A stretch of 64,000 nt of DNA from Propionibacteriaceae bacterium (GCA_031266665.1 JAISAO010000053.1:4377-68376); one strand, 5' to 3'; shown: positions 28,967 through 38,203, counted from the stretch's first letter. Numbers and translations are program-made. Notes: a model not told the origin generated them from the sequence alone.

Positions 28967-30862
28967 ATGGCCAATTATGACCTCGCCGGCGAACTCACCG
29001 GCTTCGATCTGGAGGGTTTCCAGTCCGGCGGCGACACCGAGATCTGGAAGCGCCTCGGCGCCGAAGTCACGACCGTTTACGACCACGACTTAGGCCAACG
29101 TATCCCGGGGACGCGCTTCTCGGTCTGGGCGCCGAACGCCCAGCGGGTGCTGGTGGCCGGCGATTTCAACTATTGGGCCGGCGACGACATGGTCAAGCTC
29201 CCCGGCACCGGCGTGTGGTCGCGTTTCATCGAGCAGCGCGGCTCCGGCACGATGTACAAGTTCAAGGTGTTGGGGGCGGACGGCGTCTGGCGCGAGAAGG
29301 CCGACCCGATGGCCCGTTTCGCCGAGACCGACGGCAAGTCCGGCTCGATCGTCTGGGCCTCGGGCCACCAGTGGGGCGACCAAGCCTGGCTGGAGCGGCG
29401 GGCCGCCTGGCAGCCCCACGCCGCGCCGCTGTCGATCTACGAGGTCCACCTGGGCGGCTGGCGCCACGGTTTGGGCTACCGCGAGGCGGCCGACGAGTTG
29501 ATCCAGTACGTCCAGTGGCAGGGTTACACCCACGTCGAGTTCATGCCTTTGGCCGAACACCCCTTCGCCCCCAGTTGGGGTTATCAGGTGACCGGCTTCT
29601 TCGCCCCCACCTCGCGTTACGGCACGCCGGACGACCTGCGTTATCTGATCGACCGGCTGCACCAGGCCGGCATCGGCGTCATCATGGACTGGGTGCCGGG
29701 CCATTTCGCCACCGACGAGTGGGCGCTGCACCGTTTCGACGGCACGGCCCTGTACGAGCACGAGGACCCGCGCCAGGGCTTCCACCCCGATTGGGGCACC
29801 TATATCTTCAACTACGGCCGCAACGAGGTCAAAAGCTTCCTGGTCTCGAACGCCCTCTACTGGTGCCAGGAGTTCCACATCGACGGCCTGCGGGTCGACG
29901 CCGTGGCCTCGATGCTGTACCGCGATTATTCGCGCAAGGCCGGCGAATGGGTGCCGAACATCTACGGCGGCAACGAGAACCTGGAGGCCATCGACCTCCT
30001 GAAATACGTCACCGCGCACCTCTACCAGCGCTGTCCCGGGGTGCTCATGATCGCCGAGGAGTCGACCAGTTTCGCCGGCGTCACCAAGCGGGTGGACGAG
30101 GGCGGCCTGGGCTTCGGCTTCAAGTGGAACATGGGCTGGATGAACGACACTCTGCGCTACATCGAGCTGGACCCGGTCTACCGCCAGTGGCACCACGACC
30201 TGGTGACCTTCGCCATGGTCTACCAGTACTCGGAGAATTTCATCTTGCCCATCAGCCACGACGAGGTAGTCCACGGCAAGGGCTCGATGATCAACAAGGT
30301 GCCCCAGGACGACTGGCGCAAATTCGCCACCCTGCGGGCCTTCTACGCCTTCCAGTGGGCCTTCCCCGGCAAACAACTCATTTTCATGGGCTGCGAGTTC
30401 GGCCAGCGCCAGGAGTTCAACGAGCACGAGTCCCTGGAATGGTGGGTGTCGGATTTGTGGGGCCACCACGGCCTGATGTATCAATTCCACACCATGAACC
30501 GGCTCTACAAAGAGCGTCCGGCCCTCTGGCGGCTGGACCAGGAGCCGGCCGGCTTCCGTTGGATCAACGGCGACGACGCCTCGGCCAACGTCTTCTCCTG
30601 GCTGCGCCACGACGGCCAGGGCCACTGGCTGGCGGCGGTGACCAATTTCTCGGCCACACCCCATGAGCGCTACCGCATCGGCCTGCCCGAGGCCGGGCGC
30701 TGGAGCGAGATCCTGAACACCAACCGGACCGAGTTCGACGGCAACGGCGACTATCTCAACGACCAGATCGAGACCGAGGCCATCGCCGCCAACGGCTACA
30801 ACTTCAGCTCCACCGTCAAGCTGCCGCCCCTGGCCACGATTTGGCTGGAGCTGAAGGCCTGA
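28967..30862 (+). CDS. glgB: 1,4-alpha-glucan branching enzyme (short form lacking the extreme N-terminal domain)
   Basis: AAGGAG lies 10 nt upstream of the ATG. CBM48-like RFSVWAPNAQRVLVAGDFN and GH13 motifs DWVPGHF, IDGLRVDAVASM, EESTSF and SHDEVVHGK. Confidence 0.95.
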   Translation: MANYDLAGELTGFDLEGFQSGGDTEIWKRLGAEVTTVYDHDLGQRIPGTRFSVWAPNAQRVLVAGDFNYWAGDDMVKLPGTGVWSRFIEQRGSGTMYKFKVLGADGVWREKADPMARFAETDGKSGSIVWASGHQWGDQAWLERRAAWQPHAAPLSIYEVHLGGWRHGLGYREAADELIQYVQWQGYTHVEFMPLAEHPFAPSWGYQVTGFFAPTSRYGTPDDLRYLIDRLHQAGIGVIMDWVPGHFATDEWALHRFDGTALYEHEDPRQGFHPDWGTYIFNYGRNEVKSFLVSNALYWCQEFHIDGLRVDAVASMLYRDYSRKAGEWVPNIYGGNENLEAIDLLKYVTAHLYQRCPGVLMIAEESTSFAGVTKRVDEGGLGFGFKWNMGWMNDTLRYIELDPVYRQWHHDLVTFAMVYQYSENFILPISHDEVVHGKGSMINKVPQDDWRKFATLRAFYAFQWAFPGKQLIFMGCEFGQRQEFNEHESLEWWVSDLWGHHGLMYQFHTMNRLYKERPALWRLDQEPAGFRWINGDDASANVFSWLRHDGQGHWLAAVTNFSATPHERYRIGLPEAGRWSEILNTNRTEFDGNGDYLNDQIETEAIAANGYNFSSTVKLPPLATIWLELKA

Positions 30863-30869
30863 CCCGTTC

Positions 30870-30909
30870 GTCGCCCCCGCCCCCTCGCCGCCGCGGGGGC
30901 GGGGGCGAC
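30870..30909. terminator. bidirectional GC-rich hairpin between convergent glgB and AAE-transporter genes
   Basis: 15-bp perfect stem GTCGCCCCCGCCCCC (30870-30884) / GGGGGCGGGGGCGAC (30895-30909) with a 10-nt loop, 8 nt after the glgB stop. Confidence 0.55.
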
Positions 30910-30922
30910 ACCTCCAGCGCGG

Positions 30923-31114
30923 CCTTGGACTTCAGCCTCGGATCACCGGGCGGCCGTCGGCGGTGGCCCACGGACCGCCTTGGCTCGGGCGTCAGCCTCG
31001 GATCCCCGCCGGGACCGCCCGGTTCACCGAGGTTTGGCGGCAGACCAACCATTGCCGGGCCATCGCCTGGACCACCCGGACCGCCAGGGGCTTGGGCCTC
31101 AGCCCAGGATCACC
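30923..31114. repeat. degenerate ~60-bp-period echoes of the AAE gene 3' end
   Basis: TCAGCCTCGGATC occurs at 30932-30944 and 30992-31004. A related CTCAGCCCAGGATCACC spans the stop codon of the AAE gene (31097-31114). Flanking CTTGG motifs also recur. Confidence 0.5.
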
Positions 31115-32685
31115 AGGGCTTGGGCCAACAAGATCTTGGCCACCATCGCGGCCGGGTAGACCAGGGCGTAACCCAGGCCGACCTGGGGGTCGAACTCGGT
31201 CCGCTCGTTGGCGAAGGCCAGCACCGCCGGCTGGGTCTGGGCGCCGCCCAGCTGCCCGGCCACCTGCGGCCAGGGGAGGCGCCTGGGCCAGCGGCCGACG
31301 ACTAGCAGGGCGACGGCCGCCGTGGCGGTGATGGCCAGGCCCAGCAGGATGACGCGCCAGCCCAGGTCAGAGGTGATGGCGGCGCTGAAACCGGCCCCGG
31401 CCTTGGTGCCGGCGTAGGCCAGGAAGATCAACATGCCCAGGCTGGACAAGGAGTTGGCCGAGGCCGTCGCCATCGAGGTGACCACCGGGCCAACCCGGCC
31501 GATGCGCCCGAAGACCAGGCCGACGACCAGCGTGCCGACGGCCGACCCCAGGGCGAAGCCGCCGCCCGGCAACGGTATGTGGACCAGCCCGATCAGCACC
31601 CCGCAGGTCAGCCCCAGGGCCAGGCCGGTCGGGTTGATGTCGGAGAAGCCCCGCTCGGAGTCGCCCAGATAACTGCGGACGGCCCGCATCTGGTCGCTGG
31701 GGGCGACCACCCGCAGCCGGTCGCCCGACTGGACCACGAAGTCCGGCGTCGCCACCAGGTCGACGTCGCCCCGGCGCACCCGCGAGACCTGGGCCCCGAA
31801 ACGCTCGGGCAGGCCCAGGTCTACCAGCCGCAGCCCCAGCAGGGCCTGCTTCGACACCGTCACCCGGTTGTAGTCCAGATGGGTCTGCTCGCCCACCAGA
31901 TCGTGGGATGAGGTGTGGCCCAGCTCGGCCGTGATGGCGTCCAGCAGCTCGGCCGGTCCGACCACGCTGACCAGGTCGCCGCGGCGCAGACGCTCGTCCG
32001 GGACGGCCACCACGGTGTGCTCCGGGTCCTCGTCGTGGCGCACCCGGGAGAAGCTGATCTCGCCTCGGTGGCGCTCCTGCAGCTCGGCGATGGAGGAGCC
32101 GTCGGCCTGGTCGATACGGACGGTGCGCTGCTCCAGGCGGGGCCGGCGCTGGCGGTTCTTCCCGCCCCTGGCCAGCGCCCAGGCGGCCGCCAACAACATG
32201 CCGATGACGCCGCCCAGATAGCTGATGGAGTAGCCCAGGGCCGGCTCCTCGGCCTGGCCGGCCGCCTGGCCGGCCGCCGCCAGGGCCGGGGTGTTGGTCA
32301 GCCCGCCGGCGAAGGTCCCGGCCACCACCGCCGAGGACAGCCCCATCAACCGACCCGCCAGGGCGGCCACCGCCGCCGCCAGCACCAGACAGCCGGCCAC
32401 CGACAACATGGTAGGCCAGCCCCGGCGCAGCGAGCCGAAGAAGTTGGGCCCGGAGCTGACCCCCACCGTGTAGGTGAACAGGGCCAGCCCGAAGTTGCCG
32501 ACCACCTCCGGCACCGCCAACTCGACCCCATGGGCGACCCCGACGGCCGTCAGGGCCAAGGCCACGAACAAGACCGCCGCCGGCCCCAGGGAGAAGCCGG
32601 CCAGCTTGACCGATCCCAGGGCCGAGCCCAGCAGCACCAACGCGACTAGCAGCAGAATAGGCTGCGCGGCTAGAAACTCGAACAT
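31099..32685 (-). CDS. aspartate:alanine exchanger (AAE) family transporter, YidE/YbjL-like with central RCK_C domains
   Basis: ORF 31099..32712 trimmed to ATG 32685, with GGTGAGGAA upstream. Two hydrophobic halves flank soluble RCK_C-like segments (VRIDQADGSSIAELQ..., RVTVSKQALLGLRLVDLG...GDRLRVV). Confidence 0.75.
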   Translation of the reverse strand: MFEFLAAQPILLLVALVLLGSALGSVKLAGFSLGPAAVLFVALALTAVGVAHGVELAVPEVVGNFGLALFTYTVGVSSGPNFFGSLRRGWPTMLSVAGCLVLAAAVAALAGRLMGLSSAVVAGTFAGGLTNTPALAAAGQAAGQAEEPALGYSISYLGGVIGMLLAAAWALARGGKNRQRRPRLEQRTVRIDQADGSSIAELQERHRGEISFSRVRHDEDPEHTVVAVPDERLRRGDLVSVVGPAELLDAITAELGHTSSHDLVGEQTHLDYNRVTVSKQALLGLRLVDLGLPERFGAQVSRVRRGDVDLVATPDFVVQSGDRLRVVAPSDQMRAVRSYLGDSERGFSDINPTGLALGLTCGVLIGLVHIPLPGGGFALGSAVGTLVVGLVFGRIGRVGPVVTSMATASANSLSSLGMLIFLAYAGTKAGAGFSAAITSDLGWRVILLGLAITATAAVALLVVGRWPRRLPWPQVAGQLGGAQTQPAVLAFANERTEFDPQVGLGYALVYPAAMVAKILLAQALVILG

Positions 32686-32965
32686 GGATTCCTCACCCTG
32701 GTTCTGGGCCAATCATTCCGGGCCGATCATTGGGAAAGCGGTCCCCCGCCGCCAGACGGAGCCTATCGCTCGGCCCGGCGCCGGCCCGGGCGGGGCGCCC
32801 CGGGGCCGGCGGATGGACCGCTGGTCCGAGCCGGGGTCCGCCGCCGCTCCCCGAGGCCAGCGACGCTAGACGGGTGTGACGGAGTCGGCGCGAAGACGGG
32901 CCGAGGGTCCGTCAGACATCGACGGCGCCACGCCCGCCGGCCACGTTGGTGGGCCGGAAGAGGGA

Positions 32966-33694
32966 TCAGCCGGTCCGGACCAGGATGCGTTGGCACTCGG
33001 CGCAGCGCAGCACCTCGTCCGGCGGCGCCGCCAGGTAGCGGTTGTGGTCGGCGGTGGTGGCCTCCAGGCCGCAGCCGGTGCAGCGCCGCCCTTTCAACTC
33101 GGCCGCGCCGAGGCCGCCGTAACGCTCCCGCAGCTTGTCGTACAGGCCGACCAGGTCGTCCGGCAGCCGGCCGGCCAGCGCTTGGCGTTGGGCGCGGTGT
33201 CGTCTCATCTCCTGGCGGGCCTCGTCCAAACTTTGATCGCGCTGGGCCAGAGCCTCTCTGAGGTCGGCCTCGACCGCCGTCAATGCCCCTTGGGCTCGGG
33301 CCAGGCGGGCCTCGGCCCGCTCCAAGGCCTCCATGGCCTCCAACTCCTCGTCCTCCATCACCGCCACCCGGGTCGTCAGGTGGGCCACCTCATCAATCAT
33401 CGCGGTCAGGGCTTTGGCGTCCAGGGTGCCGTCATGGATCCGTTTCTGGTCCCGCCGCAAACGCTCCCGCACCGGGGCGACATCGGCCTCGGCCTTGGCC
33501 CGGACGGCCTCGGCGTCGGACAGGGCGGTCCGGGCCGCCACCGACTCGTCTTGGCCGGATTGGCGCCGCGCCGCCAGTCCCTCGATGGTCTGGTGGATGG
33601 GCCAGGTCTGGACCTTCCGCTCCAGCTGTGCGATCGCCGTGTCGACCGCCTGAAGCTCCAACAGTCGCCGCTGACTGGCGGGGTCGGCTCTCAT
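32966..33694 (-). CDS. coiled-coil plus C4 zinc-ribbon protein (COG1579 type)
   Basis: 242 aa, with GAGGAGG upstream. Long heptad-like region, then CTGCGLE...RCAECQRIL. Confidence 0.75.
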   Translation of the reverse strand: MRADPASQRRLLELQAVDTAIAQLERKVQTWPIHQTIEGLAARRQSGQDESVAARTALSDAEAVRAKAEADVAPVRERLRRDQKRIHDGTLDAKALTAMIDEVAHLTTRVAVMEDEELEAMEALERAEARLARAQGALTAVEADLREALAQRDQSLDEARQEMRRHRAQRQALAGRLPDDLVGLYDKLRERYGGLGAAELKGRRCTGCGLEATTADHNRYLAAPPDEVLRCAECQRILVRTG

Positions 33695-33825
33695 GGGTCC
33701 TCCTCAGGTCGCGCCCCATCCTATTGGCTCTGGCCGGGGGCTCTCCGGGAGGCGTTTCGAGAGCGTCTCGCCGGCCGGCCGCCGCCGACGGGGGCGTAAG
33801 CTCTGCCCGGTCGAGAGGAGAGACC

Positions 33826-35262
33826 ATGGCGGACGACGACTCCGGGGCCGACCGGACGCCCCCCTTCTCGGACGACTTCAAACGCTTCATCCCCCAGGAC
33901 TGGGCGCCCTATCCCCCGCCGCCCGACCCTCTGCCGGCCAGCGGCTGGGCCGAGATCCGGCGGGACCGCCTGCGCCAGCTCTTCCCGGGCGAGCGTCTGG
34001 TCTTGCCGGCCGGGCCTTATAAGACGCGCTCGAACGACTGCGACTACCGCTTCCGCCCCCACTCCGCCTTCGCCTATTTCTCCGGCCTGGGCCAAGACTA
34101 CGAGCCGGACGCCGTCCTGGTGATTGATCCCGACAACGCCAGCCTCTATTTCCACCCCCGCGTCCCCCGCGCCGACCCGGAGTTCTACAGCTCCGCCCGC
34201 TATGGCGAGATGTGGGTCGGCCAACGCCTGTCACAAGACGAGATGGCCGCCTGGACGCGTCTGACGGTCAAGCCGATAGAGCAGTTGGCGGCCGACCTGG
34301 CCCGGCCCGGCCCGGCCACCCGGGTGCTGCGGGAGGCCGACCCGGCCATCACCACGTTGGTCGACGTCCTGCGGGGGCGGGACTCGGCCGCCGCCGACGC
34401 CGCCCTGGCGACCGCCTCCGCCGAGTTGCGCCTGGTCAAGGACCAGTTCGAGATCGAACAGTTAGAACTGGCCTGCGCCGCCACCAAGGCCGGTTTCGAC
34501 GCCGTCATAGCCGACCTGCCCGAGGCCGTCCGGCGGGGACGGGGCGAGCGCTGGGTGGAGGGGGTTTTCGGCCTCCACGCCCGCCACCTGGGCAACGCCG
34601 TCGGCTACGACACCATCGCCGCCTCGGGCGACCGGGCCAACACCTTGCACTGGATCCGCAACGACGGCGACCTCAAGCCGGGCGACCTGCTGCTGCTCGA
34701 CGCCGGGGTCGAGGTCGACAGCCTCTACACCGCCGACATCACCCGCACCCTGCCCGTGACCGGAGGTTTCAGCGATGTCCAGCGCGAGGTCTACCAGGCC
34801 GTGCTGGAAGCCCAACAGGCCGGGATCGCGGCCGCCCGCCCCGGCGCCCAGCACCAGGACATCCACGCCGCCGCCATCCGGGTGATCGCCCAGCGCCTGT
34901 CCGACTGGGGCTGCCTGCCGGTCTCGGTCGACCAGGCGCTGTCCAAAGAGGGCGGCCAGCACCGCCGCTGGATGGTCCACGGCACCAGCCACCACCTCGG
35001 CCTCGACGTCCACGACTGCGCCCAGGCCCGGGCCGAGCACTACCGGCTGGGCCGGCTGCGCCCCGGCATGGTCGTGACCGTCGAGCCCGGCCTCTACTTC
35101 AAGTCGACCGACCTACTGGCCCCCGCGCCCTTCCGCGGCGTCGGCGTCCGCATCGAGGACGACATTCTGATCACCGACGACGGCTGCCGCAACCTGTCGG
35201 CCGCCTTCCCCAAGCAGCCGGACCAGGTCGAAACCTGGCTAGCGACCGTCCAAAGCCGCTAG
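33826..35262 (+). CDS. pepP: Xaa-Pro aminopeptidase (M24B)
   Basis: ORF 33283..35262 trimmed to ATG 33826, after GAGAGGAGAGA. Motifs YRFRPHSAFAYFSG, LLLDAGVEVDSLYTADITRT, HGTSHHLGLDVHD, VTVEPGLY and VRIEDDI. Confidence 0.9.
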   Translation: MADDDSGADRTPPFSDDFKRFIPQDWAPYPPPPDPLPASGWAEIRRDRLRQLFPGERLVLPAGPYKTRSNDCDYRFRPHSAFAYFSGLGQDYEPDAVLVIDPDNASLYFHPRVPRADPEFYSSARYGEMWVGQRLSQDEMAAWTRLTVKPIEQLAADLARPGPATRVLREADPAITTLVDVLRGRDSAAADAALATASAELRLVKDQFEIEQLELACAATKAGFDAVIADLPEAVRRGRGERWVEGVFGLHARHLGNAVGYDTIAASGDRANTLHWIRNDGDLKPGDLLLLDAGVEVDSLYTADITRTLPVTGGFSDVQREVYQAVLEAQQAGIAAARPGAQHQDIHAAAIRVIAQRLSDWGCLPVSVDQALSKEGGQHRRWMVHGTSHHLGLDVHDCAQARAEHYRLGRLRPGMVVTVEPGLYFKSTDLLAPAPFRGVGVRIEDDILITDDGCRNLSAAFPKQPDQVETWLATVQSR

Positions 35263-35368
35263 TGGGTCCGAATAAACCTCATTCAGTCGGACTACCGGGC
35301 GTGTCCATTCAGGGTGTGACCGCAACGCACTGACTGCGCACGCGAAAAACTCCCTATCTAGTAGTGTT

Positions 35369-36025
35369 ATGCCTATGAGTGTGGTGACGCGTGTCGGGCG
35401 GCTTCCGGTGGAGATCACTCGCGCTCCGATGAGGGCCGTACGTCCTGTCATGCTTCGAAACCTGTACGCCAACCCCGAGAAGGAACTCGTGCGGCTGCGG
35501 GCGAACGGCCTGGCGGTCAGGATCGCTCCAGGAACGTATGTTGCCAAGCCCGATACGGTCGCGCCTGGGGAGGCATGGAAACCGGTGTTCGAAGAGGCTG
35601 CGATGGCGTATGCGACAGCCGCGTACGGTGACCAAGTGCCGGTGCTCGCCGGGCTCGGCGCGGCTCGGCACTGGCATGCGATTCCGAGGGCCATCGGAGT
35701 GACTGTGATCGCTGTGCCCGAGCAGCACCGTCCCGTCACTCTGGACACTGGGGGGCGGATCGTTTTCACGCGCCGCGACACGACGAGCATCGATGCCATC
35801 CCGGTACAGGCTGGGCTGGGCGTCATGCGTGTCACCCGGATGGAGCAGACTCTTGTCGACTTGGTGCTGCGTCCCGAGTTGGGCGGCATGCCTGCGGAGG
35901 GATTGGTCGCGGCTGATGCTCTCGTCCCACGGGTCGACCTGGACCGGCTGACCCGTCTACTGGGAGGGCTACCGAAGGCGAGCGGTCAGCGTGTACGCAC
36001 CTGGTTGGCAGAGAGAGGGAGCTGA
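35369..36025 (+). CDS. abiEi: type IV toxin-antitoxin system AbiEi-family antitoxin
   Basis: 218 aa. ELVRLRANGLAVRIAPGTYVAKPD matches the AbiEi N-terminal wHTH pattern. The TGA stop overlaps the ATG of the next gene (TGATG). Visibly lower G+C than its neighbours. Confidence 0.75.
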   Translation: MPMSVVTRVGRLPVEITRAPMRAVRPVMLRNLYANPEKELVRLRANGLAVRIAPGTYVAKPDTVAPGEAWKPVFEEAAMAYATAAYGDQVPVLAGLGAARHWHAIPRAIGVTVIAVPEQHRPVTLDTGGRIVFTRRDTTSIDAIPVQAGLGVMRVTRMEQTLVDLVLRPELGGMPAEGLVAADALVPRVDLDRLTRLLGGLPKASGQRVRTWLAERGS

Positions 36026-36869
36026 TGTCTGACCAATCAACATCCCGAGGTCGAGCGAGGGTCAGTTCGGCCCAACCGACGGTGCTGCTCGATCATGCCG
36101 AGCGTGACGCTTGGGCGGCACGGTTCGGTGTGGCACCCGAGCAGATCGATCACGATCACGCGATCTCCCACCTGCTCGCCGCGATCTCAACCCAGGCCGA
36201 CAGGTTCGTCTTCTACGGCGGCACCGCGCTGAGCCGCACCGTTCTACCTGATCTGCGCCTGTCCGAGGACATCGACCTGTTAAGTGTCGGGCCGCGCCGT
36301 GACGCCGCCAGGCTCATCGACCGAGCCATCGTCGACTACATGGAACCAAGGTTCGGACTGGCCACCGCCGACCCGTGGCTCGCCTCCGCCGCGAAGAACA
36401 CCCAGGCATGCCTGTTCCACGTCGGTGACGTCGACGTTCAGATCCAGTTGATCGACGGCACGTACTACACCGACTGGCCGACCCAGACCTCCGACATCGG
36501 ACAGCGCTACAGCGGCGTCCCGCCCGTACGGATGCGCACACCTACACACCGCGCTCATTCGTTGGTGCGAAGACCAGCGCCTGGGCGGAGACGACCCGCA
36601 ATGCGCCCCGTGACCTGTACGACCTGTGGGCCCTCGCTGATAAGCACTGGATCGACGCCGACGCCGCCCGACTCTTCAAGCAGCACGGCCCAACCGGTGG
36701 CTACCCCGAACCCTGGATCCTCCCCGCCAAACCTCCCACCGAGGATCAATGGCTCGACGCTTTGCGCCACCAATGCATCCCACAGGTCGGCGCCGCCGAA
36801 GCCTACGAGACCGTCACCAACGCTTGGGGCGCAGCAGTCGCCAGAGCCAAGACAGACGAGCAGCCATGA
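36025..36869 (+). pseudogene. abiEii: AbiEii/DUF1814 nucleotidyltransferase toxin gene interrupted by a frameshift near 36538-36543
   Basis: Frame 1 from 36025 gives a DUF1814-like N-terminal part (FVFYGGTALSRTVLPDLRLSEDIDLL...) up to ...VPPVRMRT, then turns into Pro/Arg/Ser-rich junk. The family-typical C-terminus TYTPRSFVGAKTSAWAETTRNAPRDLYDLWALADKHW...AVARAKTDEQP* continues in the +2 frame and ends at TGA 36867-36869. Confidence 0.75.
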
Positions 36870-36903
36870 CGAGCGACGATCCTGCGTCGGCGGGCTCACA
36901 GTC

Positions 36904-36943
36904 AAGCACCAGTCTCAAATGCGAAGTACCAGTCTCAAATGCG
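36904..36943. repeat. 20-bp tandem duplication ending exactly at the tRNA-Pro 3' end
   Basis: AAGCACCAGTCTCAAATGCG (36904-36923) and AAGTACCAGTCTCAAATGCG (36924-36943) differ by one mismatch. The next base is the tRNA discriminator. Confidence 0.8.
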
Positions 36944-37017
<74 letters not shown>

Positions 37018-37129
37018 CCTCTAAGTTACCGGCGCCCGAAAGACGCCGACGGGACACTGTACTACGAACCAACGGGCGACCCGAACCGACCGGCCGCCGA
37101 CAGTGGGCTCCGTTTAAACCTATGATCGA

Positions 37130-37191
<62 letters not shown>

Positions 37192-37281
37192 CTTTCGTTG
37201 TCGGCGCCTGAGCAACGCCGGAGGGATACTGCACTACGGCCCGACGGCCGGACCGAACCGGTTGGCCGCCGACGGCAGGGA

Positions 37282-37572
37282 TCAGCCGGCCGTCCCGGAG
37301 CGGCGCCTACGGGCCAACTGGACGATCAGCCAGACGAAGAGGCCGAGGACGACGACGGACAGGCCGAGCAGGGAATCGTCCATCATCGCCCTACCATCGC
37401 CGAAGGCGAAGAAGCCGCCGCCCTCGACCAGGGCGTCGACGCACCACATCAGCGTCGCCCCCCAGTAGATCAGGGCCAGGGCGCCAAGGCGGGAGCGAGA
37501 CGAGACGCCGGGACGGGAAAACCTCAGCACCGTCACCAGCACAGCGGCGGCGGCGGTGATGAGCAGGGTCAC
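37282..37572 (-). CDS. hypothetical small membrane protein (3 predicted TM helices)
   Basis: 96 aa. GTG start lies 3 nt after the upstream stop. Coding-like third-position G/C. No family recognised. Confidence 0.5.
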   Translation of the reverse strand: MTLLITAAAAVLVTVLRFSRPGVSSRSRLGALALIYWGATLMWCVDALVEGGGFFAFGDGRAMMDDSLLGLSVVVLGLFVWLIVQLARRRRSGTAG

Positions 37573-37575
37573 GGC

Positions 37576-37968
37576 TCAGCCCCGAGGGGTCGCGGCGGCC
37601 TGGGGCGCCACCGCCCGCCGCAGAGCCGGCAACCGGTCCACCGCCACCACCATGGCGACCCAAGCCAGGGTCGTGACGACGGCCATGCCGAGGCCGACCG
37701 TGGCCAACTCTCGACCCATCAGCGCCGTCTGATCGGCGCTCTTCAAGGCGGTCAAGAAGGGCGGCAGGGGGCTGATCTCGCCGTGCCAGAGGTGCTCCAG
37801 GGCCAGCAGCAGGGCGCCGCCCCAGAGCATATTGGTCAGCCAACGCAGCTTGGTCGCCCAAGGCAGACTGGTCGGGTCGGAGGTCTTCGGCTCGACCCCC
37901 CGGGCCGCCCGACGCTCGATCACGGTGGCGACCACGGCCTCGGCCGCCGGAACCAGGAAACAGGCCAT
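37576..37968 (-). CDS. hypothetical membrane protein (MACFLVP... N-terminus, HLWHGE motif)
   Basis: 130 aa with about 3 hydrophobic segments. Tightly coupled to the downstream 96-aa membrane ORF. No family recognised. Confidence 0.5.
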   Translation of the reverse strand: MACFLVPAAEAVVATVIERRAARGVEPKTSDPTSLPWATKLRWLTNMLWGGALLLALEHLWHGEISPLPPFLTALKSADQTALMGRELATVGLGMAVVTTLAWVAMVVAVDRLPALRRAVAPQAAATPRG

Positions 37969-38203
37969 CTGGATTTCTCCTCACGCATCATCCGAGGTCG
38001 TCCGGGGCCGGACCAGCCGGCGGGAGGACGATTCAACGGCATCCTACAGCCGCCCCGGGCGCCAACCGGCCGGTTTGAGACCGGTTTGAGACCGGTCGGT
38101 TGGCGGCCGGGGCCGCCGCTCGACGGACGTCCGGCTCGCCCGCCCTCGGAGCCGACCGCCCCGCCGGTCAACGGCGGATCCGGGACCGGCCGACGGCAGG
38201 CCG

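Noticed and set aside
33283-33825. N-terminal 181 codons of ORF 33283..35262 (pepP).
   Set aside because: This part overlaps the zinc-ribbon gene on the opposite strand and is Pro/Arg-rich. PepP homology starts at ATG 33826, behind a strong RBS.
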